Shown: one piece after another, positions 12,357 to 23,590 of the stretch | How positions within the stretch are numbered: the stretch's first letter is position 1 | How the letters are laid out: every line of letters starts with the position of its first letter | Assembly (NCBI RefSeq): GCF_016433145.1 | Contig: NC_058134.1 | Coordinates: 10,482,189-10,546,188 of the forward strand | Length of the DNA stretch: 64,000 nucleotides | Source of the DNA: Gracilinanus agilis | Taxonomy: Eukaryota | Reading direction: 5' to 3' | Notes under the pieces: model-generated | What the model saw: the letters and a program-made list of their open reading frames with translations, nothing else | Databases searched by the model: none | What the model was told of the DNA's origin: nothing | Translations under genes and position numbers: made by a program

Positions 12357-12600
12357 GGGAACTAAGTAGTGCAGTGAAGGAGTGTCAAACCTAGAATCAG
12401 GAAAACCTGTTTGAATCTGGCTTCAAACACTTATTATCTGTGTGACCATGGACCAGCAATTAGCCTCAATTAGTCTTCATTTCTTCATCTGTAAAATGGG
12501 TGTAATAGCATTTAGGCCTCTATGAGGATCACATGAGATAATAATTGTTAACTACTTAGCATAGTGCCTGGAAAATAGTAAATGCTATATAAATGTTAAC
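12357..12600 (+). mobile_element. CORE-SINE (MIR/Ther-1/MAR1-like)
   Basis: tRNA-like head, core ...tgtgtgacc...catctgtaaaatggg, tail ...gcatagtgcctgg...aaatgctatataaatg. Confidence 0.8.
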
Positions 12601-12956
12601 TTTTTTTCTTTTTTATTTCTATTATTGTTATTGTTATTGTTATTAGTGTCTTGAGGCAACACAAGTGCAACTTCATGAGACCATCAATGGTCCAATGCCC
12701 ATAATGATCATAAAGCAAAAACCACTAAGAATATAATCCTATATAGATGCCAATCTCTAGTGTAAAGATATAAAAGAAAATGAAAAACTCATCAAGTCCC
12801 CTGCCCATTACATTAGCATGTACTTCATCAGTTAAATACAAATATAGGAATAAGTAAGAACATTGAAAAACATGTGGGAAAGTATAACTACAAGGTGAAA
12901 GAGGAAGCTATAATCTACCTAGCATCTTTATGGTTCAACATCAGAAATGTTCATGA

Positions 12957-13158
12957 GGGGGCAGCTGGGTACCACAGTGGATTGAGAGCCAGGCTAGAGA
13001 CAGGAAGTACTAGGTTCAAATTTGGCCTCAGACACTTCCCAACTGTGTGACCCTTGGCAAGTCACTGACCCCCCATTGCCTAGCCCTTACCACTCTTCTG
13101 CCTCGGAGCCAATACACAGTATTGACTTCAAGATGGAAGGTAAGGTTTTTTTTTTCAA
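12957..13158 (+). mobile_element. SINE1_Mdo-like SINE
   Basis: GGGGCAGCTGGG head; 3' CTAGCCCTTACCACTCTTCTGCC..CCAATACACAGTATTGAC..GATGGAAGGTAAGG. Degenerate TSD AGAAATGTTCATGA (12943-12956) / AGAAAAGCTTATGA (13159-13172). Confidence 0.85.
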
Positions 13159-13430
13159 AGAAAAGCTTATGATTTCAGCAATGAAAGTGACATCGATTAT
13201 GAAGCATTGCCAGATGCTTTGTCCCTGAACTCTTAGGATGATGAGAATGTTCTATGTGACTCGAAGCCAAGACTTTCAGATGTATTATTTCCATCAGTAG
13301 AATGAGAGCTCCTTGAGAAGAGGGACCGTCTTACTTTCCTATTTGTATCTCTAGTATTTAATGAATGGTTTATTCATTTATACTTCCTTATTGTGAATAA
13401 CTTAAAGAACAGAACCTGAGGGACACTGGG

Positions 13431-13890
13431 CATGACTTCTTTCATGTTTTCCTCAATTTTTTCAGTCTTTGGATTTTGTTTTTTGGATGTTTGCTGCCTT
13501 GTGAAGACATTTACTTCTAGTTGTTAGATTCTAATTTTTAAAGACTGAATTTCATCCCTGATTTTTTATCATTCTTTTCCTTTTGGAATATTTTTTTTTG
13601 TTGTTCATCTTTCACTTTCTTTGCCTCATTTTCAAGCTGGCCAATTCTTGCTTTTAGAAAACTATTTTCTTGTTTTAGTTCATGCACCTCTATTTCCAGA
13701 ATACCTATTTTGCTTTTTAAGTTCTTTTCTCAATTTTCTTCAGCCTCTCTTAATTGTTTTTTAAATTGTGTTTTTGAGTTCTTCCAAACCTGAGTCCAAT
13801 TCACTGGAGTTCCTTAGTTTTTGCTTAGTGTTCCTTGGTCCTCTTCTGTTCCATTTTTTTTGTTCATTACCTAGGTAGAAGCTATTGATT
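13431..13890 (-). mobile_element. L1 ORF1 N-terminal fragment
   Basis: Clear similarity to 10900-11300 (gctgccttgtgaag.catt..cttctagttgtt..gattcta.ttttaaagactgaatttcatccctga). Confidence 0.8.
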
Positions 13891-14929
13891 ATAATTTCAT
13901 AATAAATAATATCGATCTGTACATTCTCATCTCTACTATTTTGTCTGGTGATTTTGCATTGCTACAAATTGTAGAATTTCAGTTTTCCAAGAATATATAT
14001 CTTTTTGCCACCCAGAGGGCATTAGAGGCTTATGTGGTAGGAATTGATAGGCTGCAACAACTTGTTACCAAATAAGAGTTTCGTGGAAAATACCAATCTA
14101 GAGATATGAGAAGGTTAATCAAACTTGATTGGCCACCATGTTATGCCAGCAAACAGAGAAGAAGATTCATAGACTATATGAAGTCTTCATAGACTGGACA
14201 AGAGTCCAGGATGAGAAATTCTGTATGAGTTGTGGTAAGCTCAGAGTCCCATTGAAGTGATCTTATAGATGAGACATGTGGAAGACAATGAGTGTATCAG
14301 CCTCAGAGATTTAGAGCTGGAAAGGGCCATAGAAGTCACCTAATACTCTCTTCATTTTACTAAGGAGGAAGGAAACTGGCATCTAGAGTGACTTGACCAA
14401 GATCACACAGTTGACAAATGAAAAGGGCACAATTTGAATCAATTCCTTGGATTATAGATCTGTGGCTTTTAGTAGTATACCATTTTTAAGGACCAAAGGA
14501 TTGAGTCCACAAGAAATGGCAAGATGGTAGGAATCATCTAGGGATACTTGTGTAAATTAGTTCCATTTGGAGGAAAAGGAAGTTCTATGAAAGAATAAAA
14601 GAATGGAATATTTAGAAACAGAAGAACTAGCATAGTCAGAGAAAGTCAAGAAAGGAAAGCAGTTTGACAAGTAAAGCATGAGGAGTCATGGGAAAATAGG
14701 TTCATTTTTTGAGACTATGTTAATCATACTTTTTAACCATGTGATCTCATCAATACAGGGGTGTAATGTTGTATATCTGCTTAAATGTGGTTACTGCAGC
14801 CTTTTGTTTTATTTATTTGTCTTATTTTTGTTTTTATTTATTATTCTTTAATTTTATTTCACTGATGGAGGGTACATTGAGAAATAACCAGGATGTAAAA
14901 AGAAATAAAATCTTACAGCATATATACAT

Positions 14930-14978
14930 ATATCTATATATTTGTATGTAAATATCTGTCTATCTATCTATCTATCTA

Positions 14979-15010
<32 letters not shown>

Positions 15011-15017
15011 CACACAC
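14930..15017. repeat. Compound (TA)/(TATC)n/(TGTC)n/(AC) microsatellite
   Basis: Direct reading. Confidence 0.9.
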
Positions 15018-15159
15018 CCCAAGGAAGTCAATGAGGATCAAAGACCTAGTAGAAACAAAAAATATTCAGAGCAACATTTCTTTGTGGAAATTATACAAGG
15101 AGATCTGTATATGAGGCACAATAAAATTAGTAGAAACAGGACAATACATAAAGCTACAA

Positions 15160-15415
15160 TGATTTAACATTTATATAGTGTCTACTATGTGTCAGGCACT
15201 GTGCTAAAACTTTGAAATTATGATCTTATTTGATCCTCAGAACAACCCTGAGAGATTGATGCTATTAGTATCCTCATTTTATAGAAGAGAAAACTGAGGC
15301 AAACAAAGTTAGGTGACTTGCCCACAAACACAACTGGTTAGTGTCTGAGACCACATTTTAACGTAAGGTTTCCTGACTCCAGGTCTAGCATTCTGTCCAC
15401 TGTACCCCATAGCTA
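15160..15415 (-). mobile_element. CORE-SINE (MIR/MAR1-like)
   Basis: ctcattttatagaagagaaaactgaggc...gtgacttgccca...gtgtctgag...cctgactccagg, the reverse complement of the CORE-SINE consensus. Confidence 0.8.
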
Positions 15416-16729
15416 CAATAATGTCAATGAAAGCAGAATTAAAACAAGCCAAACTCTGAACTGCTGAAGAAACAGTTATGATTTTTCAGAGAATAATGAA
15501 AGTATATGCTCTCAGGAGAGGGAAGAATGTTGTATACCTTATTGGAAAACACAATTTTACTGGCTGTTTTTGAAAAGCCATTTTGTTTCTTATAATGGAG
15601 GTTTGAATTCTGGAGTGAGCAAATGGTTGAGGAGAAACATCCCTACGAATGACCATAATACAAAAAGAAATGTAATCAAGTAAAAGACTGGGAGGGCTAC
15701 TAAAATTATGGGAGCTTTTCAAGGGAATAGACACAGAGGAGAGAGTGGCAGAAGTGAAACCCTTCAAAAACTTTGGCAACTAAAAGAAATAGACTAGGAA
15801 TTTTCTTGCCTGGCTTTGAAGAATCTTCATAGACTAGATATACCCTTCCTATCAGTTCTCATTTCCTACCACCCTCAAACAGAAACTCACCAATCCTATA
15901 AAGTTTATTTATATGCAACATCTTTGATTTCCTGCCTTTTTTACTTCGATGGTGTTAATTCACCTTCCTCTCCTCTCTCACTGGTCAAATCCTCCCCTCC
16001 TTTCATACCTACCTTGAGGGCCACCTACTCTGGGAAGCCTTCCTGAAGACTCCAGCCCACATTGATCTTCCTCTCTGGGCTGCTTGGGTGATCCCAGATC
16101 ATTCCACAACATAGTCACTTCATTCTGTCTGTACTTTTTATTCTTTGGTGTTATTACTGACACCTGAGAATCTTTGAAGCCAGTAACCAAGTAGCCATAG
16201 AGTTCTCAAATGACCAGTGAAAGCCAGAGTTGTGCTGAACTCACAGGCTAGACTCCTAAAGAGTACTTAAAGTTCAATAGATGATTAGAATTGATATACT
16301 GCCCAATTTCTACCAGGTCTTTGAAAAGGTTGTCAAGTATATTAGTAGAGAGGTAATGAAATTATATGCTAATTAAGGTGATATGATTGATTAAGTGAAT
16401 CCACTTTAAGCACCATGGAGAAGGATGAGTTTTCTAGGTAGAATCTCCCCATTTGATATAGAAGGTTTGGAAAGAAACTCCTCTGGTTAGAATGGCCCAT
16501 CAATGTGACTTACATTTTTGTTCAATTAGTAGAAGAGGCAGCCTGATGTAGTGATTGGATCAGGAGAGCTTAATCATTTTTGTGTTGTGGATTATATTGG
16601 TAGTCTGATGAGCCTTTTGGATCCTTCTCATATTTATGCTTTTGACTGTGAAAAAATAAAATATTGGGAATACAAGGGAAGTTAATTATACTGAAGTTCA
16701 AATGTCAACAAAGTAAAAATGAAAACAAG

Positions 16730-16935
16730 CAAAGTCACAGATCCTTAGACCTGAGTTCAAGTCCTATCTCTGCCACATCTGTGCTGTGGAGAATAGGCCA
16801 AGTATTTAACCTCCCAATGACCCAAGCAATTCTCTAAGACCATAAGTTGCAGGCGAGTCATCAAGATATTTTCTTGGAGGAAGTTTCCCCCGAGGAGTAC
16901 TATACACTCATGAAATCACAGGTCAGGGATAGCTC
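16730..16935 (+). mobile_element. Marsupial tRNA-SINE (MdoRep1/Mar3-like)
   Basis: gacctgagttcaagtcc B-box-like head; tail ctaagaccataagttgcag...ggaagtttcc...atgaaatcacagg. Family name is recalled, not searched. Confidence 0.55.
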
Positions 16936-17379
16936 ACCTATCCACCCACCCCCATAAAAAAAAAAGAAAAGATAGTCTCTTTTTTTATTATTAACTTGGT
17001 TCTCAAGTCATATTTAAGTGAAAGGTAGTGTGAACCTCCTGAGAAATGATTATTTCAAGTCAATGGACCCTCCATTTCTCCACATCATGGTTTTATAAGG
17101 ATTTATAGATCCTGGGTTTGTTGAGGAGTTACTTGATTTTGCTATGATACATTACAACTAACCTAGAGGTTCAGGAATTCCTTGATCATAGCTAGATCTG
17201 ATTGCTGTTCTGTACAGGAATTCTTTATAAAATTCCAGAACATGAGTTAGAAATTGACTTAGAGAATCCAATAAACTTGCAAGCTTTGGCCGACTTCCAA
17301 GCTAAATTTATAGACTGGAAAAAATATGGCCTTTCCATTGTCCTCTTTTTTTTTCTTTTTTATCCCCTTCAGGATAGTC

Positions 17380-17380
<1 letters not shown>

Positions 17381-17421
<41 letters not shown>

Positions 17422-17429
17422 ATGTGTGC
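17381..17429. repeat. (GT)n microsatellite
   Basis: Direct reading. Confidence 0.95.
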
Positions 17430-17968
17430 GCTCACACAGATTTATCATTTTGCTGACACCAGAGTTGGAAATTAAATTTTCAGTGCGCGGGAATCAGACT
17501 AGGGTGTTGGAGCTTCAACTTTTTTCATTGGGGTTCAATGCTTCTAAGACTCCATCCTCCACCAAGGAAGGATTTCTTCTCCTCCTTCCCGGCAAGAAGA
17601 ATTCAGGACACAGATGTAATGAGATATGAAGTCGTATTCCTAAGTGGGATTTGTCAGTCCAGTGGCTGGGGTGCCCATTGATGGCTGAGTTCAACCCCCT
17701 AAACGCCTCTAGTGCCTTCCAGGCTCCCACAGCACTTTTTCTTTGAGTCATGATATAAACAGCTTTAATCAGATATTTTATTTCGGCTAATTCTATGAAA
17801 GGCTAAGGGGGGGGGGCAGAAAACAAAGTCAGAAGCCTCTAATAGGTTCCAATTCTCTGTATTACAAGAAGAGACAAGAATTCTTTCTTTCTTTTTCTTT
17901 CTTTCTTTCTTCCTTTCCCCCCACCTTTTTCCCTATCTTATAATTGAAAACCTATCTTGTTCTTCCAG

Positions 17969-18024
17969 AATGGGTTTGCTGTTGTAAGGCCCCCAGGCCA
18001 TCATGCTGAAGAGTCAACAGCCAT
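17969..18024 (+). CDS. HDAC9: HDAC9 coding exon (about human exon 18), 56 nt: NGFAVVRPPGHHAEESTA(M)
   Basis: Acceptor tcttgttcttccAG and donor AT|GTAAGT. Encodes the RPPGHH catalytic His dyad of class IIa HDACs. Phase 0 to phase 2. Confidence 0.97.
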
Positions 18025-19340
18025 GTAAGTACCAGGGAAGACTGGCCATCCTGGAGCACTGGGGTTACTGGCAGTCACCTGCCCTGTGCACGTCTCTGAA
18101 ACCCTCTAATTGTTAGCAGATGCCTGCCGAGGCTTGCGGGGTCCTCCCAGAAGCAGATTTATGGCTTCAGAGATCATATAGCATTTTGAGAAATGCCCTG
18201 AACGTTCTTTCTAAGGTGTTTTTTTTTTTTTCCTGCCTGATTTGCTTTCTGATTTCTCTGTTCTCTCTTCTGCAGGGGGTTCTGCTTTTTTAATTCGGTG
18301 GCGATTACCGCCAAATACTTGCAGGAGCAGCTCAATGTAGGCAAGATATTGGTTGTAGACCTGGTAGGTATCCCGGGCGAGCTCTGGTTTCTGGGGTTGC
18401 TGGGGGAGACGGTGGCCTTCTTGCCCCACGTCCGTGGGCTGCATCGCCTTCTCGCTACTCGGGGAGTGCGTGGCCTCCCAGACCAATGTGGAAACTCATT
18501 AAATCCGGCCTGGGCATTCCGAAACCATAAACATGAAGCTTTCACTTTCGCAGCATTAACCGAGATTTAATGAGAAGAAGGCACAGCTCGGGGCAGCCTT
18601 TTTATGGTCCTTAAATGAATTGATACTTCCAGTGTTAAAATAACCCAACAGAACCCCAGTTTACTTTCCCCCATAGAATAGAGGCCCTAACGAGTCCGAT
18701 GGGCTGGAAAGAATGCTGTTGCCATGGTTACCAAATTGGCCACTTCCCCTGCGTCGGATCCCTCCGCTTGTTGTGTAACACTGGGATCATTCAGACCAAC
18801 GAGCTTGTCATTCTCTGGGCGCGGATGCCAGGGTGGGATGTCTCCCTGCAGGAAAGCAGAATGATTAAAAGGCCGCAGCAGCGTTGGGCTGGGCTGGGCC
18901 TCCGCTCTAAGAGGATGCATTCTTGCACAATGGAGTTATAATTTGCTTAACAAATGGTTTGTTTAAATGCGGGTGACATTTGGCATGTTGTCCATAGCGT
19001 GTGCATGAATAAGGGATTGGAGCTTTGCCTCCCCCAAAAGGACCAGCTCCGTGCGCGGGCAGAGGGAGAGTGGGAGGGTGATTTATGAGGCCCAGGCTGG
19101 CCAGGCCGACAGTTCAGCGGAGAGGTGTAATGGGTTGTCTGACAAAGCATAGACAGGAAATGAACCCTGGCATCCGAGCCTAACCCGGGGCATCTGCACT
19201 TAATTAATTTTTGCAGGTGATAAAAGATTTAAAGACAAAATATGTTCAAGGCTTTTTTGAAGTGCACGGCTTAATAGTCTAAATCTTGTTCATATCTGCA
19301 CTCATAATTAAATCTTATTGGGAAGTCATGGCCTTACCAT
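18025..19340. promoter_or_regulatory. CpG-dense intronic/exonic enhancer-like element around HDAC9 exons 18-19 (candidate TWIST1 enhancer ortholog)
   Basis: About 40 CpGs counted in 18121-19200 against a CpG-poor background. No repeats. X-box, PBX-HOX, homeodomain and E-box motifs. Human HDAC9 exon 18/19 is a reported exonic enhancer. Confidence 0.7.
18276..18363 (+). CDS. HDAC9: HDAC9 coding exon (about human exon 19), 88 nt: (M)GFCFFNSVAITAKYLQEQLNVGKILVVDL
   Basis: Acceptor ctctcttctgcAG and donor CTG|GTAGGT. 56+88=144 nt keeps the frame. GFCFFNSVAI motif; the VDL ending is HDAC9-like (HDAC4/5/7 have VDW). Confidence 0.97.
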
Positions 19341-19369
19341 CTAGCACTTTGGTTCACTTAAGCAAACAG

Positions 19370-20175
19370 GGAAGAAACTGAAAGAGAGAAGGAGTGGAGG
19401 GGGGGGGGGGGGGGGGAGAGGAGAGGAGACAGAAACACAAGGAGAAGTTGAAAGGAAAGAAGAAAATCGGAGAGTAAGGAAAAGCAAGAGAGAGAAAGAA
19501 AGGATAGGGTCGAGAGGAAAAGGAGGAAGAGGGAAACTGAAGAAGGGAGAGAAAAAGAAAGAATAGATGAAAGGAAAAGGAAAGACAAGAAAAAAATGAA
19601 ATGAAAGAGAAAATAGCAGAGGAAAGAGTGTTGGGAAAATGGATGGGAAGAGTTAGAACAAAATAAAGAAAAGAAAAAGAATAAACAAAAAGCCAAGAAA
19701 GAAAAAAGAAATAATGGAAAGAGGGAGACAGAAAAGATAAAGAAGGAAACAGAAAGAAAAGTATGTTAAAAAAAAGAGAGAGAGAGCTAACTAAAGAGAA
19801 GGGAAAACAAAAAGAAAGCTGATTAAGGAGGGAGAAATAAGCAAAGGAAGAGAAAATTAAGAGTGAGACGATTTTTAAAAAGAATAAAAAGGGAGAAACA
19901 AAAGGAAGAATGAAAAAGAATGTGGGAAGAATGAGAAGAGAAAGAAGGAAAAAGGAACAGTAAAGGAAAAGTAAAGAAAAATTAAAGAAAGAGGAGGGGA
20001 AGACATAAGAAAGTTCAAAAAGAAGGAAGCAAAACAAGAAAGATATCAATCAAGAAATATATGGGGGAAATGAGAGAAATGAAGATAAATGAGAGACGAA
20101 AGGAAGGAAAGAAGACAGAAGGAAAGAAGAGAGGGAAAGAATGAGAAGGAACAAAGAAGGGATGGAGAACTATGG
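19370..20175 (+). repeat. ~800-nt polypurine (GA-rich) low-complexity tract including a G18 run (19399-19416)
   Basis: Direct reading; the + strand is overwhelmingly A/G. Confidence 0.95.
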
Positions 20176-20379
20176 ACAGATAAAGAGCATTCTGTAAAGA
20201 AAATATTTTTGTTGCTTCAAGAGCCATAAATTCATCACGAAGTATATGAATTAATTGAAAAAGAAGTTAAGAAGATAGAAAATGCTTTTCAATTCTTAGA
20301 TTTGAAATTATATATGTAAATTATATAAATGTACAATAAACACAAATATGCATATACACAATATACTTCACCTGTTCTA

Positions 20380-21130
20380 TAAAATTTCACTGCAGAGCAT
20401 ATTCTCATCGCTGTTTCATTGATATTTTACTGACTTTCTTCTGTTCAGCAGCAGCCCAGAGCTCACCTTTAATGAAAATAAAGTTGGCAGATGCCTTGTG
20501 ATCCCATAAAAAATCACCGAGCTGGGGAAGTTAGTATTTGCTTTCCCATGCACATTAAAATAATTCCAGTTTCATCTTCCCTCCCCCTTCCACTTAATAA
20601 AAACACAGTAAACTTGTAGAAGTTTTTAAAGATACACTGTAATTGCCGTGTTGCCATGGTGACTGTTTTTATTAAAAGATTAAGTTTCAACAATGTGCTA
20701 GAACGGGGAATTAGATGGAATTTCTTTCCTTCTCACAGCCTGCCTCCCGGTAGCAGAAACACATCTTTTGAGATCTGTATGCATATGCCCAGGTACAAAT
20801 GGATGCATATTTATTGACATATACACACGTACATGGCATAAATAGGAGGAACGGATGGGAAAACATGAAGAAGACCAGATATTTCCAAATCCCCAGTTCT
20901 TGTTCGTTAAACTTGAACATCCTGGGGTTCCTGACTGAAGTGGGGAGTGGATTTTGCAGTCCTTCTAGATCTTTTCACATTTAAGAGGGACGTAATCAAT
21001 CATTGCTCCGAGGCGCCTTTGATAGAGGAATGCATGATATCCAGATGCAGAAAACTTGAAATATAGGCTCAACTTGACAGCTACTCATTTAAACTTGCCT
21101 TAGTTTATGAGTGTGTTTTTCGTACTCGAG
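20380..21130. promoter_or_regulatory. Enhancer-like non-repetitive intronic block
   Basis: X-box 20650-20663, CCCATAAAA near 20503, PBX ATCAATCA 20995-21002, TCF/LEF CCTTTGAT 21016-21023, CAGATG E-boxes. Conservation not checked. Confidence 0.5.
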
Positions 21131-22915
21131 AAGGATATTTGTGATTTCCCTCCTCATTTTAGTTGTTGGTTAGTTAACGCAAGAAGAGACTTGGGCATGA
21201 TGGAGGGGGTGAGGTGGGGAAGGCAGAAAGAGATCAGATGCTCTGTGTAAAGTGAATGTGCTAGGGAGTTCTTCTGACCTGTATTTTCTCCTCCATCCCC
21301 TCGGAGAACAGGATTTTCCCAGCAGGTATTGATTGGAGGTATCCATTGCAGAATGTCTAATACTCCCAGTTCTGTTCAAATGGGCTCTCTTTAAGACTGT
21401 TGGCCCACAGATACTCCAGTGATATCCTAAAGACTGCAGCTGCAGGGGCTATTTTGGGGGAACTCTGTTTCTTCCAGCTGCCGGGGATGAATTTTTGAAA
21501 TGCCACGTGGCCTGGAGACATCCCTTTTCCTGGCTAACAGATCTATTCTCCAACTTAGCTAGAGGGGAAAAAAGTGAAACTTAACTAGCCCAAGAGAAGC
21601 CTTACCCTTTCAAACCTCAAAAGGACATAGGCTAGGGAAGAGTCTTTTCCTTGAATGGATACCTGCTCCATTCTCCCTGAGGGAACTGCTTCCATTTTCT
21701 ACCTTTAGTGAGAGTTTGAGTTCTGATTTTATTCCTTTCTCAGAGGAATTCCAAAGACTTTGGTGATTCGGGCAGAATTCATTTCCATGAGTTCATTCAA
21801 CTCTCTTTCCGTAGAAGACTCCAATGATCTTGAGCATCCTTGGGAATCACTAAAGTCCCTTTCTGCTCTAGATCCTATAAGATGACTAGATGGAGTTGGG
21901 TAGTGGTCGGTTATTTCTACAACTCTCTGTCTTAGTTTTGCTTTCTTTCTATAATCTGAGCGTTGTGAGATTGTCCCACCCTTGTGCCATGACCACTTTC
22001 CCTGCAATCTTCCTAAACTATGGATGATCTCTACTCTCCAGGTTATTGGGGGAGACAACATATACACACTTAAGAATATACAGAATTTTTTTTTTAAAAA
22101 TGCAAGGTAGATTTTGGTGGAGAGTGGGGGAAGGCCATTGGAAGCAATCAGGAGAACCTCCCAAGTGGAAAGTGATGCTTGCTCTCTGTGTCTCTGAGGA
22201 AATGAGCAGTGAGTACATTTCTAGCTATGGGGTTCAGCCAGTCCAAAGGCACAGAGATGGGAGATAGATTATCGTGAGTAAGAAACAGAAAGAATAATAC
22301 CAGCTTGGTTCAGTTGTAAGTGGAACTTGGAGTAAAAAGGAAAGAGGCAGGAGGGGGAGGGGGACATAACAAGCTACCAATGGTCTCTCAGAGACCTTAA
22401 CCTCAAATTCATTATAACTAGCTTCTCTAAGCTCTTTCTAGTTGATTGATGTGTGGGATGTCTGCGTTCTATCACTTCCAAATTCAGCGAAGCTAAACTC
22501 TTCGTGGCAGTCTTGGCTTTTTGCATGAAGTGATAGGGAACTAAGCCTAAACTCTGTCTCCCTCCCCAACTCCACACATAACTTGCTTCAGGGATATGAA
22601 GCCCAAAAAATGACTCCCCATGAGTGAATGCATGTTCAACCACTATCTTTGACTTCATAACTGAGAAGCAGATTTCAGTAGAAGAACACAAATAGCCAGT
22701 GGAGTGATTATTAGAGAGTGTGGTTTGGCCAGTGGTACATCAGGGTATGAGTAGTAGAAAAGAGGGACTCTGATAGAACCTCCATCACTGAGCAATATTC
22801 TTAGCATTCTGTTATTAGATGGCATGAGCAGCCTCATGATTCCAAAACCCACGGTTGGATTTTAGCCTCTTCCATTTTGAGAAGTTTTGCCTCCTTTTTT
22901 GCCAATTGAATATGG

Positions 22916-22917
<2 letters not shown>

Positions 22918-22977
<60 letters not shown>
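22918..22977. repeat. (AC)n(TA)n microsatellite
   Basis: Direct reading. Confidence 0.95.
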
Positions 22978-23454
22978 TTCATTTTCCCAAACACCTATTC
23001 TATTATATGCTTTAGACCTAGAAAAAAATGACCTGCCTTGTGGTGTCTTCTTTCTAATCTCTTATACTTTTGCATTTGGATGTAGTCTATCATTTAACAT
23101 GCTTTGATGGGATGAGTCTTCTCATGAAATAACTGTTATTTATTATTTTCTTATATAGTTAGGGAAAGATGCTGACTTCTGTGAGCACTTCTCATCTAAA
23201 CCCTTTTTTGATCCACATGCCACTTGTTAGTAGGTAGGGGGAACTAGATGGATACATTGCATGGTGAAAATTCCTAAAGCTGGGACTCTATACACTAAGA
23301 TTTATCTCCTCCCTCCTCATATTCACAACATTATGAATTTATCTTCTTCCTCATCATTTCCCAAGGGCATAAGAGGCTCATCAGGGTTATTATTTATCCA
23401 AATCTTCATATTTCATATTTCCTAAATTAAGAAGCAGAAGGGGGTCCATATGTC

Positions 23455-23590
23455 ATCCCACCCAACCCTCTCATTTTACAAATGAGAAAGTTGAGTTACA
23501 CAGACCTTCAATGACTTGTCCAAGGACACAGAGGTAATAGGTGGCAGAAATAGGATTCAAAACCAGATTTTCTGACTTTAAATGAATCAT
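23455..23590 (-). mobile_element. MIR-like fragment
   Basis: ccaaccctctcattttacaaatgagaaag...gacttgtccaagg...ggattcaaaaccagattttctgact. Confidence 0.65.

Noticed and set aside
12957-13030. tRNA-like A/B boxes here and at other SINE heads
   Set aside because: SINE Pol III promoters; no cloverleaf or acceptor stem, so not tRNA genes.
18298-18570. ORFs 18298-18570, 31087-31269 and 31551-31751 as stand-alone genes
   Set aside because: They are HDAC9 exons read past their donor sites, or alternative frames of them.
19354-20049. 231-aa and 112-aa F/L/S-rich minus-strand ORFs
   Set aside because: Artefact of the polypurine tract: a pyrimidine-only strand lacks stop codons.
22374-22852. Overlapping 105-aa and 65-aa minus-strand ORFs as a processed pseudogene
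   Set aside because: No recognisable protein family, poly(A) or TSD. A tblastn/blastx search would settle it.
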